Source of the DNA: Asterias rubens
Lineage: Eukaryota
Direction of reading: 5' to 3'
Assembly (NCBI RefSeq): GCF_902459465.1
Contig: NC_047083.1
Span: 682,001-746,000, forward strand
DNA: 64,000 nt
Numbering within the stretch: the stretch's first letter is position 1; each line of letters begins with the position of its first letter. This document shows positions 36,220 to 46,740 of the stretch, piece by piece. A program made the translations under genes and the position numbers. The notes beneath the pieces are model-generated. The model ran no database searches and had not been told where the DNA came from. It saw only the letters and a program-made list of their open reading frames with translations.

Positions 36220-36258
36220 GCCTTCGAGAAAGACTCTGCTAGGGTCGAAACGTCAGGC
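36220..36258 (+). repeat. Penelope-like terminal motif (hammerhead-like), copy 2, at the end of a pyrimidine-rich repeat starting at about 35970
   Basis: GCCT TCGAGAAA GACTC TGCTA GGGTC GAAACGTC AGGC. Confidence 0.5.
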
Positions 36259-37027
36259 CATTAACTATTTTTTGCATAAATAAGAAGATAATGATGTATA
36301 TTTGGTTTGCGGTAACACCACGTGTCGGGAGGAGCTTTGATCGTGGCTTTTTAGTCGTCCTGATAGCCGCTACAAACAGCGCCCTCTTGTGATTAACCTT
36401 CGCAATTTAGCCGAGTTATATAATGTGGGGGCGTTTTTCGTGGCCGAGTTGCAGAAGAATAACCGCGATCTAAGACTTGAATCAAGTCTATGGTCATGGA
36501 AGTATCGCAACTATAAAAAAAAAAAAAAAAAATGGTGTAGTTATGCGAACGAAACGAAATGACATTTGACAAATCAGGCCTGCAACAGTCTGTGACAAGT
36601 ACACACACTTTATTTGTAGATAAAAAAACAAAACAACGACCTTAGTATCTACTAATATTCTAGATGTGAATTTTGACATCTGCTTATTTTTAGGCGCATG
36701 AAGGCGCTTTCAACTGTTAATCTTCGTGCATAACAGCTGCAGTTATAATTAGCAACTTTGACTAGCAGTATGGTGGGTTTTTTTTGTTATCAATGGCCAA
36801 TATATAATAATGACCAAGGCCCCCCCCCCCATTATTGTTGTTTATTGGTTTATTTAAGAAAAGAAAGCTTTGCAGCCTTAAGGAGTCTGAATTGAGTTTT
36901 ATTTTAACATCATTAAGAAAGGCTTAACAAAAAATGAAACAAAAAAAGGGGGAAGGTACATACATTTGATAATCACTTTTAAAATAAATGGCAATACAAA
37001 CTTGTTGGTTTGAAGCCTATATCAACT

Positions 37028-37292
37028 CCAGTGTGAACTAGACTTGTGGACAAGTCGTTAATGGTCTGCCGCAGTGAGATAATTTAGTTGTGGCAGTGCT
37101 CTTGCGAGATTACTGCTGATTGTCGACTTCTACTCCCCATTTAATGGGACCATAGTCGTGAGAGCAGTTGTCTCGCGGGGCCAGCAGTCTCGCGAGACAA
37201 CTGAGGAATCGCGAGGAGATTCTGAATAGAGTCGGAACGATATCACCGCGACAGACATTTAATGACTTTTCCACAAGTCTAGTGTGAACTGG
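37028..37292. mobile_element. MITE with about 40-bp imperfect TIR (Harbinger-like)
   Basis: ACTAGACTTGTGGACAAGTCGTTAATGGTCTGCCGC vs GCGACAGACATTTAATGACTTTTCCACAAGTCTAGT. Confidence 0.65.
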
Positions 37293-37339
37293 CTGGTGGA
37301 TAGTCAGTTGAACTAGTCAGGAGACACAAACACATGCTT

Positions 37340-37773
37340 TCTCCTCGTCGCAGTGGACTGGTTGGCGCCCTTTAAATCTCTTTTCATGGACTCTCTGATG
37401 TATATTTATAAATACCTTTTTGAGAAAATGCTTTGCCACAAATGTCACAATTTAAAGCTCTTTCCCTTTGATGAGTTTCTAAAGATTTGCAAGGATGTAT
37501 ATGAAAAACTGTTTTACATGCCAACAATGGTTTGTGCCTAGAGTGCACAAGTAAATCAATTCTTTGTTCTTAAAGGTGGACACAATCTGGTCATTTAACG
37601 GACAGCTTTTTTAAGAGTTTGCTTTACTGAAATCAACGCAAACTACAGTAGTTTGTTTTCAGTGTGGATAAGTTAATACTGCTGGTGCTGGCACATTGTT
37701 TGCATCAGAGTAAAGGTTGCTCTAGAAATGTCACGAGAACAAGATCTCTCAAGTGAAAACAAGCTGATTTTAA
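37340..37773 (-). pseudogene. Heavily decayed zinc-finger remnants downstream of ZF4
   Basis: [12 protein letters not shown]-like and HT*EILFSCDIS...IHTENK-like frames with stops. Confidence 0.55.
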
Positions 37774-38145
37774 AGGAACACATTGCCTTGGATCGGACGA
37801 GTTGGTCTATAAAAAGCGTTTATAACCGTTTGTTTTAAAATGCATATAGTTAAAAAGATGTTTTAAAAGTAGAATATAATGATCCACCCAAGTATCGCTC
37901 AAAATTGCATGGTTGTCTTTTTACTTTGCGATCTAACACAGTTGGCCATTTATGGGAGTCAAAAATTTGACTGCCATAAATGACTGACCGTGTTAGTCGA
38001 CGAAGTAAGGAAAACCGTGCAATTTCGAGGCATGTTTGTGAGGATCTACTTTGATAACATCTTTCTACGCATATGCATTTTTTTTGTTAACGGTTACAAA
38101 CGCTTTTCAAAGACCAACTCGACAGATCCAAGGCAACGTGTTCCT
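37774..38145. mobile_element. TTAA MITE, family B, flanked by an approximately 95-bp direct duplication
   Basis: ttaa|AGGAACACATTGCCTTGGATC...GATCCAAGGCAACGTGTTCCT|ttaa. Confidence 0.92.
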
Positions 38146-38258
38146 TTAATACTGCTGGCACAGTGTTTGCATCAGAGTGAAGGTTACTCTAGAAATGTCA
38201 CGAGAACAAGTTCTCTCAAGTGAAAACAAGCTGATTTTAAAATTCAGGAGGAAGATTT

Positions 38259-39044
38259 CTACATCACAACAGAATGTTTTTCTGCAGTGTGTACTGCTGG
38301 ATGCAGTGTGTTATGATGATGGATCAGTTGGCTTTTGTAGATGAAGACTTTTCCACAAATGTCACAAATCATTGGATTCGTGTCAATGTAAATGTGGACA
38401 CACCGATGGCGTTTCAGTGTCAGCTTATGCGAGAAAGCTTTCCCACAGATATCACAAACAAACGGTTTCTCTCCAGTGTGGACACGCTGATGGCGAGTCA
38501 GGGAAGCTTTATTTCTGTAAGAACTTCCACAAATGTCACAAACAAATGGTTTCTCTCCAGTGTGGACTCTCTGATGGCTAGTTAAACTGTTTTTATGAGA
38601 AAACGCTTTTCCACAAACGTCGCAAACAAATGGTTTCTGCCCAGTGTGCTTACGCTGATGGATGGTCAAGGAATGTTTTTGTGAGAAGGCTTTCCCACAA
38701 ATGTCACAAACAAATGGCTTCTCTTTGGTGTGGACACGCTGATGGCGTGTCAGTGAACTGTTTAATGAGAAGGTCAGTCCACAAAGGTCACAAGTAAATG
38801 GTTTCTCTCCAGAGTGGATTCTCTGGTGGCGGACAAGGTTGTTTTTTGTTGGAAATGCCTGTCCACAAATGTCACAAACAAATGGTTTCTCTCCATTGTG
38901 AACTCTTAAGTGAGCTATTAAGTTGCCTTTATGAGAAAATGCTTGTCCACAAACGCAACAAGCAAATTGTGTCCTCCCAGTGTGGACACGCTGATGGGTG
39001 GTCTGGTGAGGAGCTCCCGAGAAGGATGCTGCACAGGTATCCAT
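38259..39044 (-). CDS. C2H2 zinc-finger ORF ZF4 (261 aa, 8 intact fingers); possibly a severed 3' part of ZF3
   Basis: Open TGEKP array; its ATG lies inside a degenerate finger (GEKPFVCVTMDTC), 194 bp past the ZF3 stop. Confidence 0.55.
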   Translation of the reverse strand: MDTCAASFSGAPHQTTHQRVHTGRTQFACCVCGQAFSHKGNLIAHLRVHNGEKPFVCDICGQAFPTKNNLVRHQRIHSGEKPFTCDLCGLTFSLNSSLTRHQRVHTKEKPFVCDICGKAFSQKHSLTIHQRKHTGQKPFVCDVCGKAFSHKNSLTSHQRVHTGEKPFVCDICGSSYRNKASLTRHQRVHTGEKPFVCDICGKAFSHKLTLKRHRCVHIYIDTNPMICDICGKVFIYKSQLIHHHNTLHPAVHTAEKHSVVM

Positions 39045-39237
39045 GGTAACACAGACAAATGGTTTCTCTCCTTGATGCTTTCTCAGTTTGTGTTTGTATC
39101 TTTTCTTTATTGTGGGAAGGCTTTTTCACAGACAGCAAAAATGCTTTCTCCCCAAAGGTACTTGGTGAAGAAAAGGTCAATTACCAAAAACGTAACAAAT
39201 GAATGTGTCCTGCTTTTCTTCCAAAAGTTTTTTTCCA

Positions 39238-40428
39238 TCACTCTCCAGTGTGTAGCTTCTTATGGGCTTTTAGAGTGCCAGTACGAGAAAATCGTCTCCC
39301 ACATACGTCACAAACATTTGGCTTCTCTCCTGTGTGAGTACGCTGATGTTGCGTCAGAGTGTGTTTTTTAATGAAGGTTTTTCCACAGGTATAACAAGCA
39401 AAACGTCTCTCTCCACTGTGGACTCTTTTATGATTTTTGAGGGAGTCAGCACGGGAAAAGCCTTTCTCACAAATGTCACATTGAAATGGTTTCTCTCCAG
39501 TGTGAACTCGTTGGTGGTCTGTCAGGGTGGTTCTATGTGAGAAGGCTTTTCCACAAAGGTCACAAACGTATGGTCTCTCTCCAGTGTGGACCCGCAGATG
39601 GGAGGTCAGGCTACTCTTAAAAGAGAAAAGTTGCCCACATACATTACACTTGAATGGTGTTTCTCCAGTGTGGACTTTCTGATGACTTATAAGAGTGCTT
39701 TTCAGCGGGAAGGCTTTTCCACAAATGTCACAAACGAATGGTTTCTCTCCCGTGTGTGTTCTCTTATGTTGCTTCAAATTGAATTTATCACTGAATGCCC
39801 TTCCGCAAGAGTCACACGCAAAAGGTTTTTCGTGTGTGTGAACTCTTTGATGCCGCGATAAATTGCTATTGTTTGTAAAACCTCGACCACAAGTTTCACA
39901 GGCGAATGGTTTCTTTCCAGCGTGGATGAGTCGATGGTAGGTCAAGGTGTCCTTGGAAGTAAAGACTTGACCACAAACGCCACAAATAAATTGTTTCTGT
40001 ACAGTTTGAGTCGGCTGATGTTCTTCGAATGTGACTGTGTCCGCACAGGTTTTTCCACAAGTGTCAGATATTAATGGCTTACCACTAGGACGAAAACAAC
40101 TTGGACTCAAACTATTGCTTTCACTAACTTTGTTTTCACAAACTTTGTTTTCACTTATTATAATTTCACAAACTTTGTTTTCACTAATTATAATTTCACT
40201 AATTTTGTTTTCACTAACTTTGTTTTCACTAATTATAATTTTACTAATTTTGTTTTCACTAACTTTGTTTTCACTAATTATGATTTCACTTATTTTGTTT
40301 TCACTAATTTTGTTTTCACAAACTTTGTTTTCAATAATTTTGTTTTCACTAACTTTGTTTTCACTAACTTTGTTTTCACTAACTTCACTTGAATCAAGCT
40401 CTTTTTTAATGTCAGTGACGTGGTGCAT
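39238..40428 (-). CDS. C2H2 zinc-finger protein ZF3 (396 aa, N-terminal SENK(V/I) repeats, 9 intact fingers)
   Basis: Intact ORF; acceptor tttatctgcag at 40601; upstream donor acg|gtaagt at 41444. Confidence 0.85.
   Translation of the reverse strand: MHHVTDIKKELDSSEVSENKVSENKVSENKIIENKVCENKISENKISEIIISENKVSENKISKIIISENKVSENKISEIIISENKVCEIIISENKVCENKVSESNSLSPSCFRPSGKPLISDTCGKTCADTVTFEEHQPTQTVQKQFICGVCGQVFTSKDTLTYHRLIHAGKKPFACETCGRGFTNNSNLSRHQRVHTHEKPFACDSCGRAFSDKFNLKQHKRTHTGEKPFVCDICGKAFPLKSTLISHQKVHTGETPFKCNVCGQLFSFKSSLTSHLRVHTGERPYVCDLCGKAFSHRTTLTDHQRVHTGEKPFQCDICEKGFSRADSLKNHKRVHSGERRFACYTCGKTFIKKHTLTQHQRTHTGEKPNVCDVCGRRFSRTGTLKAHKKLHTGE
40126..40380 (-). repeat. Coding 15-bp minisatellite, 17 units (SENKV/SENKI/SEIII)
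   Basis: Consensus AGTGAAAACAAAGTT, in frame. Confidence 0.95.
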
Positions 40429-41444
40429 TGTACAAAATTGTATTTTACTAAGCAGTAATTGCTTACTTTAGAAAGTCTCCACTCACAGACCAGCTCAGTG
40501 TTCTCAATGTTTGTGGTTATTACATGTAGATAAAATCTCAAAAGTGTCAAAGTTACTGGTGGTTGCGGAGGTCAAAGGTCACAGTGTTACACTGGTCTAT
40601 CTGCAGATAAAGAAGAAAAGAGAAAGTAAGCATCTTCAATAATACTGATAGCCCAAGCATTAACTATTAAATACTCAAGACGCTTGAACAACGAGAAACA
40701 TTTTAGGACAAGTTTTCGACATTTTGAACTATTTTAAGTCTACGACACCAATCTTTGCTTTGCCTCTTAAAATTGAGGTAAAGGGATTAGAATGAGATGA
40801 CTAGACAAGAACGATGTAAATGTCTATGTTAACTTAGACGTCTTATAGAGACTGAGAGCCTAGGCTAAGACTGTATAAAGAGAGCCAAGGTGGGCCAGCT
40901 CAACAGAAATTCAACACGGTTCAGTGAGACTGTTTGGTATGTTTACTCCTAAAACTATGAGGTCCGTTCCGCTATTGATAGCGGAACAAACCTCATCATA
41001 CACATATATAGGTAGGTATGGTACTTGGTAGTAGGAGTATCACTATAGTATCAGTACGTCTTTGGACTTTGTTGACATCATCATCAGATTTTTACTTTAT
41101 TTTTAGCTGAACATTTCTCCTTTTTATGAACGTATCTGACACAATTACCACTGTATCAATATTAACAAGAACGTACTGATAATAATAGTACGACTCACGG
41201 GACCTATAATATACATTTGTTGCGTCCCAATTTAATGTTGAAATGTAACGATATAGTGTTGCAGCAGAGCTGCTGTACAGCAACCCATTCTCTAATGTAA
41301 TATAATACAACTAACTAATTGGTTGGTACGTAGATCGTGCCGTTTAATTATGCTCAGACTAAAAAAGTAAAAGTACATTAACCTTAAATTTGAGGCTTAT
41401 CGTTTGAATATGATGTTGGTTCCAAGATAAGGATAACTACTTAC

Positions 41445-41580
41445 CGTTTGGTTCCCAAACTTAACTGTGAACAAAGGATAACGGGGTTTAAAAATTCAGG
41501 TTTTTGGCACAGGAACTGTGTGGTGTAAAAGCAGCAGTAAAGCGCCCTCTATATTTTGCTGTACAAAGCGCCCTCTTTGT
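41445..41580 (-). promoter_or_regulatory. Candidate non-coding first exon and promoter of ZF3
   Basis: Strong minus-strand donor at 41444; two AGCGCCCTCT motifs (41541 and 41567). Confidence 0.5.
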
Positions 41581-42587
41581 CCTACTAAACTCCGGATCCT
41601 TTTCCCTATTCGTTGAGAATGCCAGGGGATTTCTTTTCAGTTGCTCATTATTCAGAAACAGTCTTATACACAACAGACGTGTTAAGTCATATTTTACGAG
41701 AAAAAAAAGATGAAAGAAGAAGAAAAAGAACAGCTAAGAAAGAGGGGATGAACAGCAAACACCACAATCGTCCGATATAGATGAAATCTTCAAAAACCCT
41801 GCATGATCAGCGAGGGTATAAATAAGCACAACAAATAATGCTTACACCAGATTACCAGCCAAACTACCAAGTCACATGCCACCATTTTGGCACTGGTGTC
41901 CTGCTCATTTCTGCTTAGCAGAGAATGTGTCGACCAACAAATTTCTGCTTACGCAGCAGCTCTATGAACTTGTCTCTGCTGCTGGCTGGAGATCCTCCCC
42001 GAAATGACCATATTTGGTGTGGACCAACTGGCCCGGGAGAGATAGATGTTGTTTCACTAAAATAGTAATGATTTATTGTAAAAGAAGCTGAATTATTATA
42101 ACCTACAAAAGATCTTCTAACCAAAACTAATTATGGATTACAGCAGAAGCAGAATTATCTTTCAATTAAAAAAATCACCTATTTTCAGTTACATAGTTTT
42201 AACCTCTTCCTTTATGTTCTGTCGTAAACAAATAAATACATCAAAATATATGAACAGTAGCAGCTAGTGAATTATAGTTAATTAATTATTCACTAATATT
42301 CATAGCACAGTACGGCTACCGCTGGTAATTAATTATTTATACACAGGCAGGCCTGCAGATGAATATTCTAAGGTTAAATTATTCATGACACATGCTCAAG
42401 TAATAAGTAAACCAATGAAAATGAAACCGGAATATTTTGTCACGTTGATTAATAACTGCCAAAGTTTAAAACAAGTTACATGTAGACCTATTTTTATTGC
42501 CACCTAGAACATGCACATGTGTACACCCATACCATTCAGTTTATGTATTTATAAGTCATGTATTACAGACAAAATACATGCGAGTAA

Positions 42588-42715
42588 GGCCGTGTCCGAA
42601 ACGGCGACTTCGGCTACAGCTACGGCTAGATCGCGCGCGTCTGCTATTCTTCAACACTGGTAGACGCGCTGATCTAGACGTAGCTGTAGCTGAAGTCGTC
42701 GTTTCGGACACGGCC
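42588..42715. mobile_element. PIF/Harbinger (Tourist-like) MITE
   Basis: taa|GGCCGTGTCCGAAACG...CGTTTCGGACACGGCC|taa; 3-bp TAA TSD, nearly fully palindromic. Confidence 0.88.
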
Positions 42716-43156
42716 TAACACAATGATGTGTACATGCATAGAGCGTACATGTACACATCATGTACATTTGCATTAAAGTGCATGTGCATAAGTGTGTGTA
42801 GCAGCATGCAGCTAGCATTCTCTGTATACATGTATTCATTCATTGTCACATAACGACACCGTATAAACTATCCCACACACACGAACAATAAAAAACCGAC
42901 GGTAGACAGTTCTTTGATGCCCCATTCATAGGGGTCTTTGTACACCAATAAAGAACCTTTCGCTTGACTGTACAAGCCACGCATATAGCTGTGATTTAAA
43001 CACCCTGACATCAACAACACACAGCGGTGATTTTAACCCTCGACGATCGACACCGTGGAACGAATCTACCGTGCACGAGAAGGAAATTCTACGGGAGAGA
43101 TCGAAGCGATTTCCCCCCTACCCAGGCTTCATACATCCGCTCCATTCGGAACCAAG

Positions 43157-43237
43157 ATGTGTTGTTCTTGCGATGCCGGCACTGCAGTGTTTTGCTGTAA
43201 ATATATACTAGTTGTAACCACGTGCATAAGCAATTTG
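43157..43237 (+). other. Possible first coding exon of a divergent or relic tetraspanin
   Basis: MCCSCDAGTAVFCCKYILVVTTCISNL|gtgagt; CKYIL motif and phase-0 donor, but no downstream exons established. Confidence 0.3.
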
Positions 43238-43822
43238 GTGAGTATATTTTGTGTGTGAAATACTCAATCCACAATGCAGTTTTAAGAAATAATGTCATCT
43301 ATCCGGAAATAAGATGTTGTGTTTATTTATAAAATTCTGTCTTTTCCTCGTGCATGCGTGACCTCTGTCTGTGTGGGTGATGGATGACGTTTGCCAAAAC
43401 ATTGAATGAGGATGCAAAATATTAAATTTATTTCTCTGTTTAATCACACTGATTCAGCTGTCATTATGTCTTTTAAGAGAAAGAAAAACAAGCATAATGA
43501 AAAGCCATTGTCCTGGAACAATTTAACAAATCAATACTTTCCTGTATGATGGAAATTAATTAATACATAATGCAAGGTTAAAGGATAGATTATGCAAAAA
43601 GAGTAAAGTGTGGAACGCGTGGGACGGTCGATTTACCGTTGATTTCAGAACAAGAAAAATTAATACCAGAAGGGAATAAAACATTAGGTTTTATTTTGGC
43701 ACCATCTATGTTCAAATTGTCCATTTTAGTTTAAATTAAACTAGAATTTCTCGATAAATGTTAAAAACGCAACCCAGTCTTGTGAACACATACCCTGTGA
43801 CCTGTGTCTTGTGTAAACTAAA

Positions 43823-43856
<34 letters not shown>

Positions 43857-45783
43857 TTTTGGGGGGGGGGGGTAATATCTTTAAAAAGTTTCCCCCGAAT
43901 CATGCTTCCTGATTGTGTGCATTAACTTTTTTCTACATCGGCTACAAGTGTTATAAAACTTTAAAATAATGTGATTTGGGGGTGAAAATTTGAAATAATA
44001 TTTTTATAAACTCGCCCCACACGTGGAATGCATGTTGTTGAAAGAGACTGTTTACATTGGCTTCAACAAGTCTCACCTAGACATTATTTACACATCTTGC
44101 ACCCGCATTATAACAGACTTTATCTGTACAAAGTAAACACAAAGAGACGCGTGCATGTGTGTAGACTGCGACAGTTTGGGTAAAAATTAAAAAAATAGTG
44201 AGTGACCTAAAACAGGACTCATTGGAAATGCGTGTGCAGAGTCTAGCCTCTAATTTTTATTAGCATAAATCGTCGCAGAAGACGCTTGAGAGACAATTAA
44301 TTATTACACATTCATACAATACAACGTGTGGTTATTATTACCCCCCCCCCCCCAAAAAAAAAAATAATAATAATAATAAAAAAATAAAAATACACATTCA
44401 TGAAATTATTCACTGTTCTGATATCGCGGCCAGTGACCAGAAATGATGTTCGTAGACTATAAATAACCGGACTGTTACCCCCCCCCCCCTTCCCCCATGT
44501 ATACACCCAAAACCAAATTGATAGTTGTGTCCACAATCTCAACATGGGTTATTTGTATACAAAACGAATGGTAATTCGTGGTGAAAATGAATAATTAATT
44601 TAGTACAAGTATAGTCTGAACCTAAATGTGCCATACATAGTTGTTATTATTACAAAATGCTAAGGGTACCATGTACAAGATGGCTGAATGCACTCGAGCT
44701 TCAAGACTCTATGGGATGAGGTCGTAACACTTGTCGTTGAGTGATTAGTGGCCTTTTGATAATGGAGGTATTTGGCTAAAACATAATCTGACATCTCGAA
44801 CCCGACCATGGTTAAATTTTGATTTTTTTTTTGGGGGGGGGGGGTGGCACTGTATCGTCTTTGCCCTTTCTCTATGGTTGCATATATACAAGCCCTGAAT
44901 GTCGTTCTTGAAGAGACGTAGCAATTTTCCTCCGGTATAAATGGGCATAATTGAGTATAATTTAAGTTTGCAGAGGGCATCATCACAGCAAAAACATTTA
45001 AGCACCATTGCTGTGGGTGGCGCGGGTGTGTTAGGCATGTGTATATGCAACTGAAGTATGTATACAGTGATGGAACATGTTGACCAAACATGACATTACG
45101 AACAACTGTAGCTCAGTGAATTATGCACAACACTGTAAATGGATTTTTTTACGTGGATTATGCCCGTCACGGAATGAAATAAGACACAGGGGCCCTCGGC
45201 GCTCTGTGACCCGGCGTCCTGCCGCGCCATTTGTCCCGGATAAGGCCGTTAGTCCACGCTCTGGCGGCCAATGGGGTTCAGAAGTGTAAATCCACGTCTG
45301 AGATTTGATATTGAGATTTTCTCTTTTTGGTGTTGCGGTGTGTGAATGTTAATTGTAAGAGTAAATGCCAAAATTGAATGTGGTTTTTCTTAAAGAGCCA
45401 ATGCCAATTAAAGTCTAAAGCAATTATGTGCACATTATTGGTTGTGTAAGTTTTTATGACTAAGTTTTTATGATTGAAATGTTTTTGTTTGCCACATCGA
45501 ATGTAATAATTCTTAATTTTAAAACAACAATGAATAATGAATAATATTTTCCCCAATTCGAAAAAATTACGTATCATTCGTTCATAATAAGTTGTTAACC
45601 GCAGTTCTTTTTAGAACCAACACTGCTCAAAAAAGATGCACACAATATGATGATACCACAAACCTCACCTAACTAAAAAAAGTAACTAAGTATACTCCCA
45701 CCCCATGCAAAGTTTCAAATCCTACTGATAAGTTTTTACAAACAAGATGATAGTCTAAACTCTTTTCCAACGCGTCCCTTTAA

Positions 45784-46166
45784 AGGAACACGTTGCCTTG
45801 GATCGGACTAGTTGGTCTATAAAAAGCGTTTGCAACCGTTTGTTATGAAATGCATATGGTTAGAAAGATGTTTGAAAAGTAGAATATAGTGATCCACACA
45901 AGTATCACTAAAAATTGCGTGGTTTTCCTTTTACGTCGCGAACTAACACGGTCGGCCATTTATGGGAGTCAAAAATTTGACTCCCATAAATGGCCGACCG
46001 TGTTAGTCGACGAGGTAAAAAGAAAACCACGCAATTTCGAGGCATGTTTGTGTGGATCATTGTATTCTACTTTTACAACATCTTTCTACCCATATGCATT
46101 TTATAACAAACGGTTACAGAACACTTTTCAAAGACCAACTCGACCCATCCAAGACAACGTGTTCCT
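45784..46166. mobile_element. TTAA MITE, family B, full length
   Basis: ttaa|AGGAACACGTTGCCTTGGAT...ATCCAAGACAACGTGTTCCT|ttaa. Confidence 0.92.
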
Positions 46167-46671
46167 TTAAAGATGGCCAAACCGTGGGATAGAGCTATTC
46201 GGTAAGAAACCCCTGTGAACCTGTCCCATGTAATTGTATCAACTACTCCAGTCTTATGACAGGTTTCTTTCTGTGGTGCTGCAATGTTAGCATATGTAGT
46301 TCTTGCAGTTCAATGAAACGTCTTTGGCAGGCTTTGTTTGTGCTGTTATGGGTTTATGGGTCGGCGGTGACAGGTGCGAAAGTTTATGTTGGAAGTGTCG
46401 GCCTGTATCTACATGTTGAGTTACAGTAACTCAAGTGTTCGTTCGTTGTTTTGTTTGCTGTTTAGATGATCTTCCCGTCAAGGGAACTCGGCAAACTCCC
46501 ACACAAGGGAATATATGCACCAAGCTGGCATCATGCATTCTCTCTCGTACATTCTTATTATACAAACATTGGTTTATCTCTGTCCTTAGTCTATGGTTTA
46601 ACGTCTTGCAAATCAAGAAACCGTTATTAAAAAAACTAGACGACAATATTCAATGTGATATCAGCGTTTTA

Positions 46672-46740
46672 ACATGGTAGGATTCGAACCCCAAAACTTG
46701 TGATTGCAAGTATTGCAGTTATCCACTGGCCCACGGTGAC
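46672..46740 (-). mobile_element. tRNA-like SINE head
   Basis: Minus strand: tgggccagtgg (A box) ... ggttcgaatcc (B box). Confidence 0.55.

Noticed and set aside
44974-45055. Tetraspanin TM-like peptide STIAVGGAGVLGMC, or alternative-frame HHCCGW
   Set aside because: Short, ends in stops, can be aligned to TM1, TM2 or TM4 equally well; likely chance.
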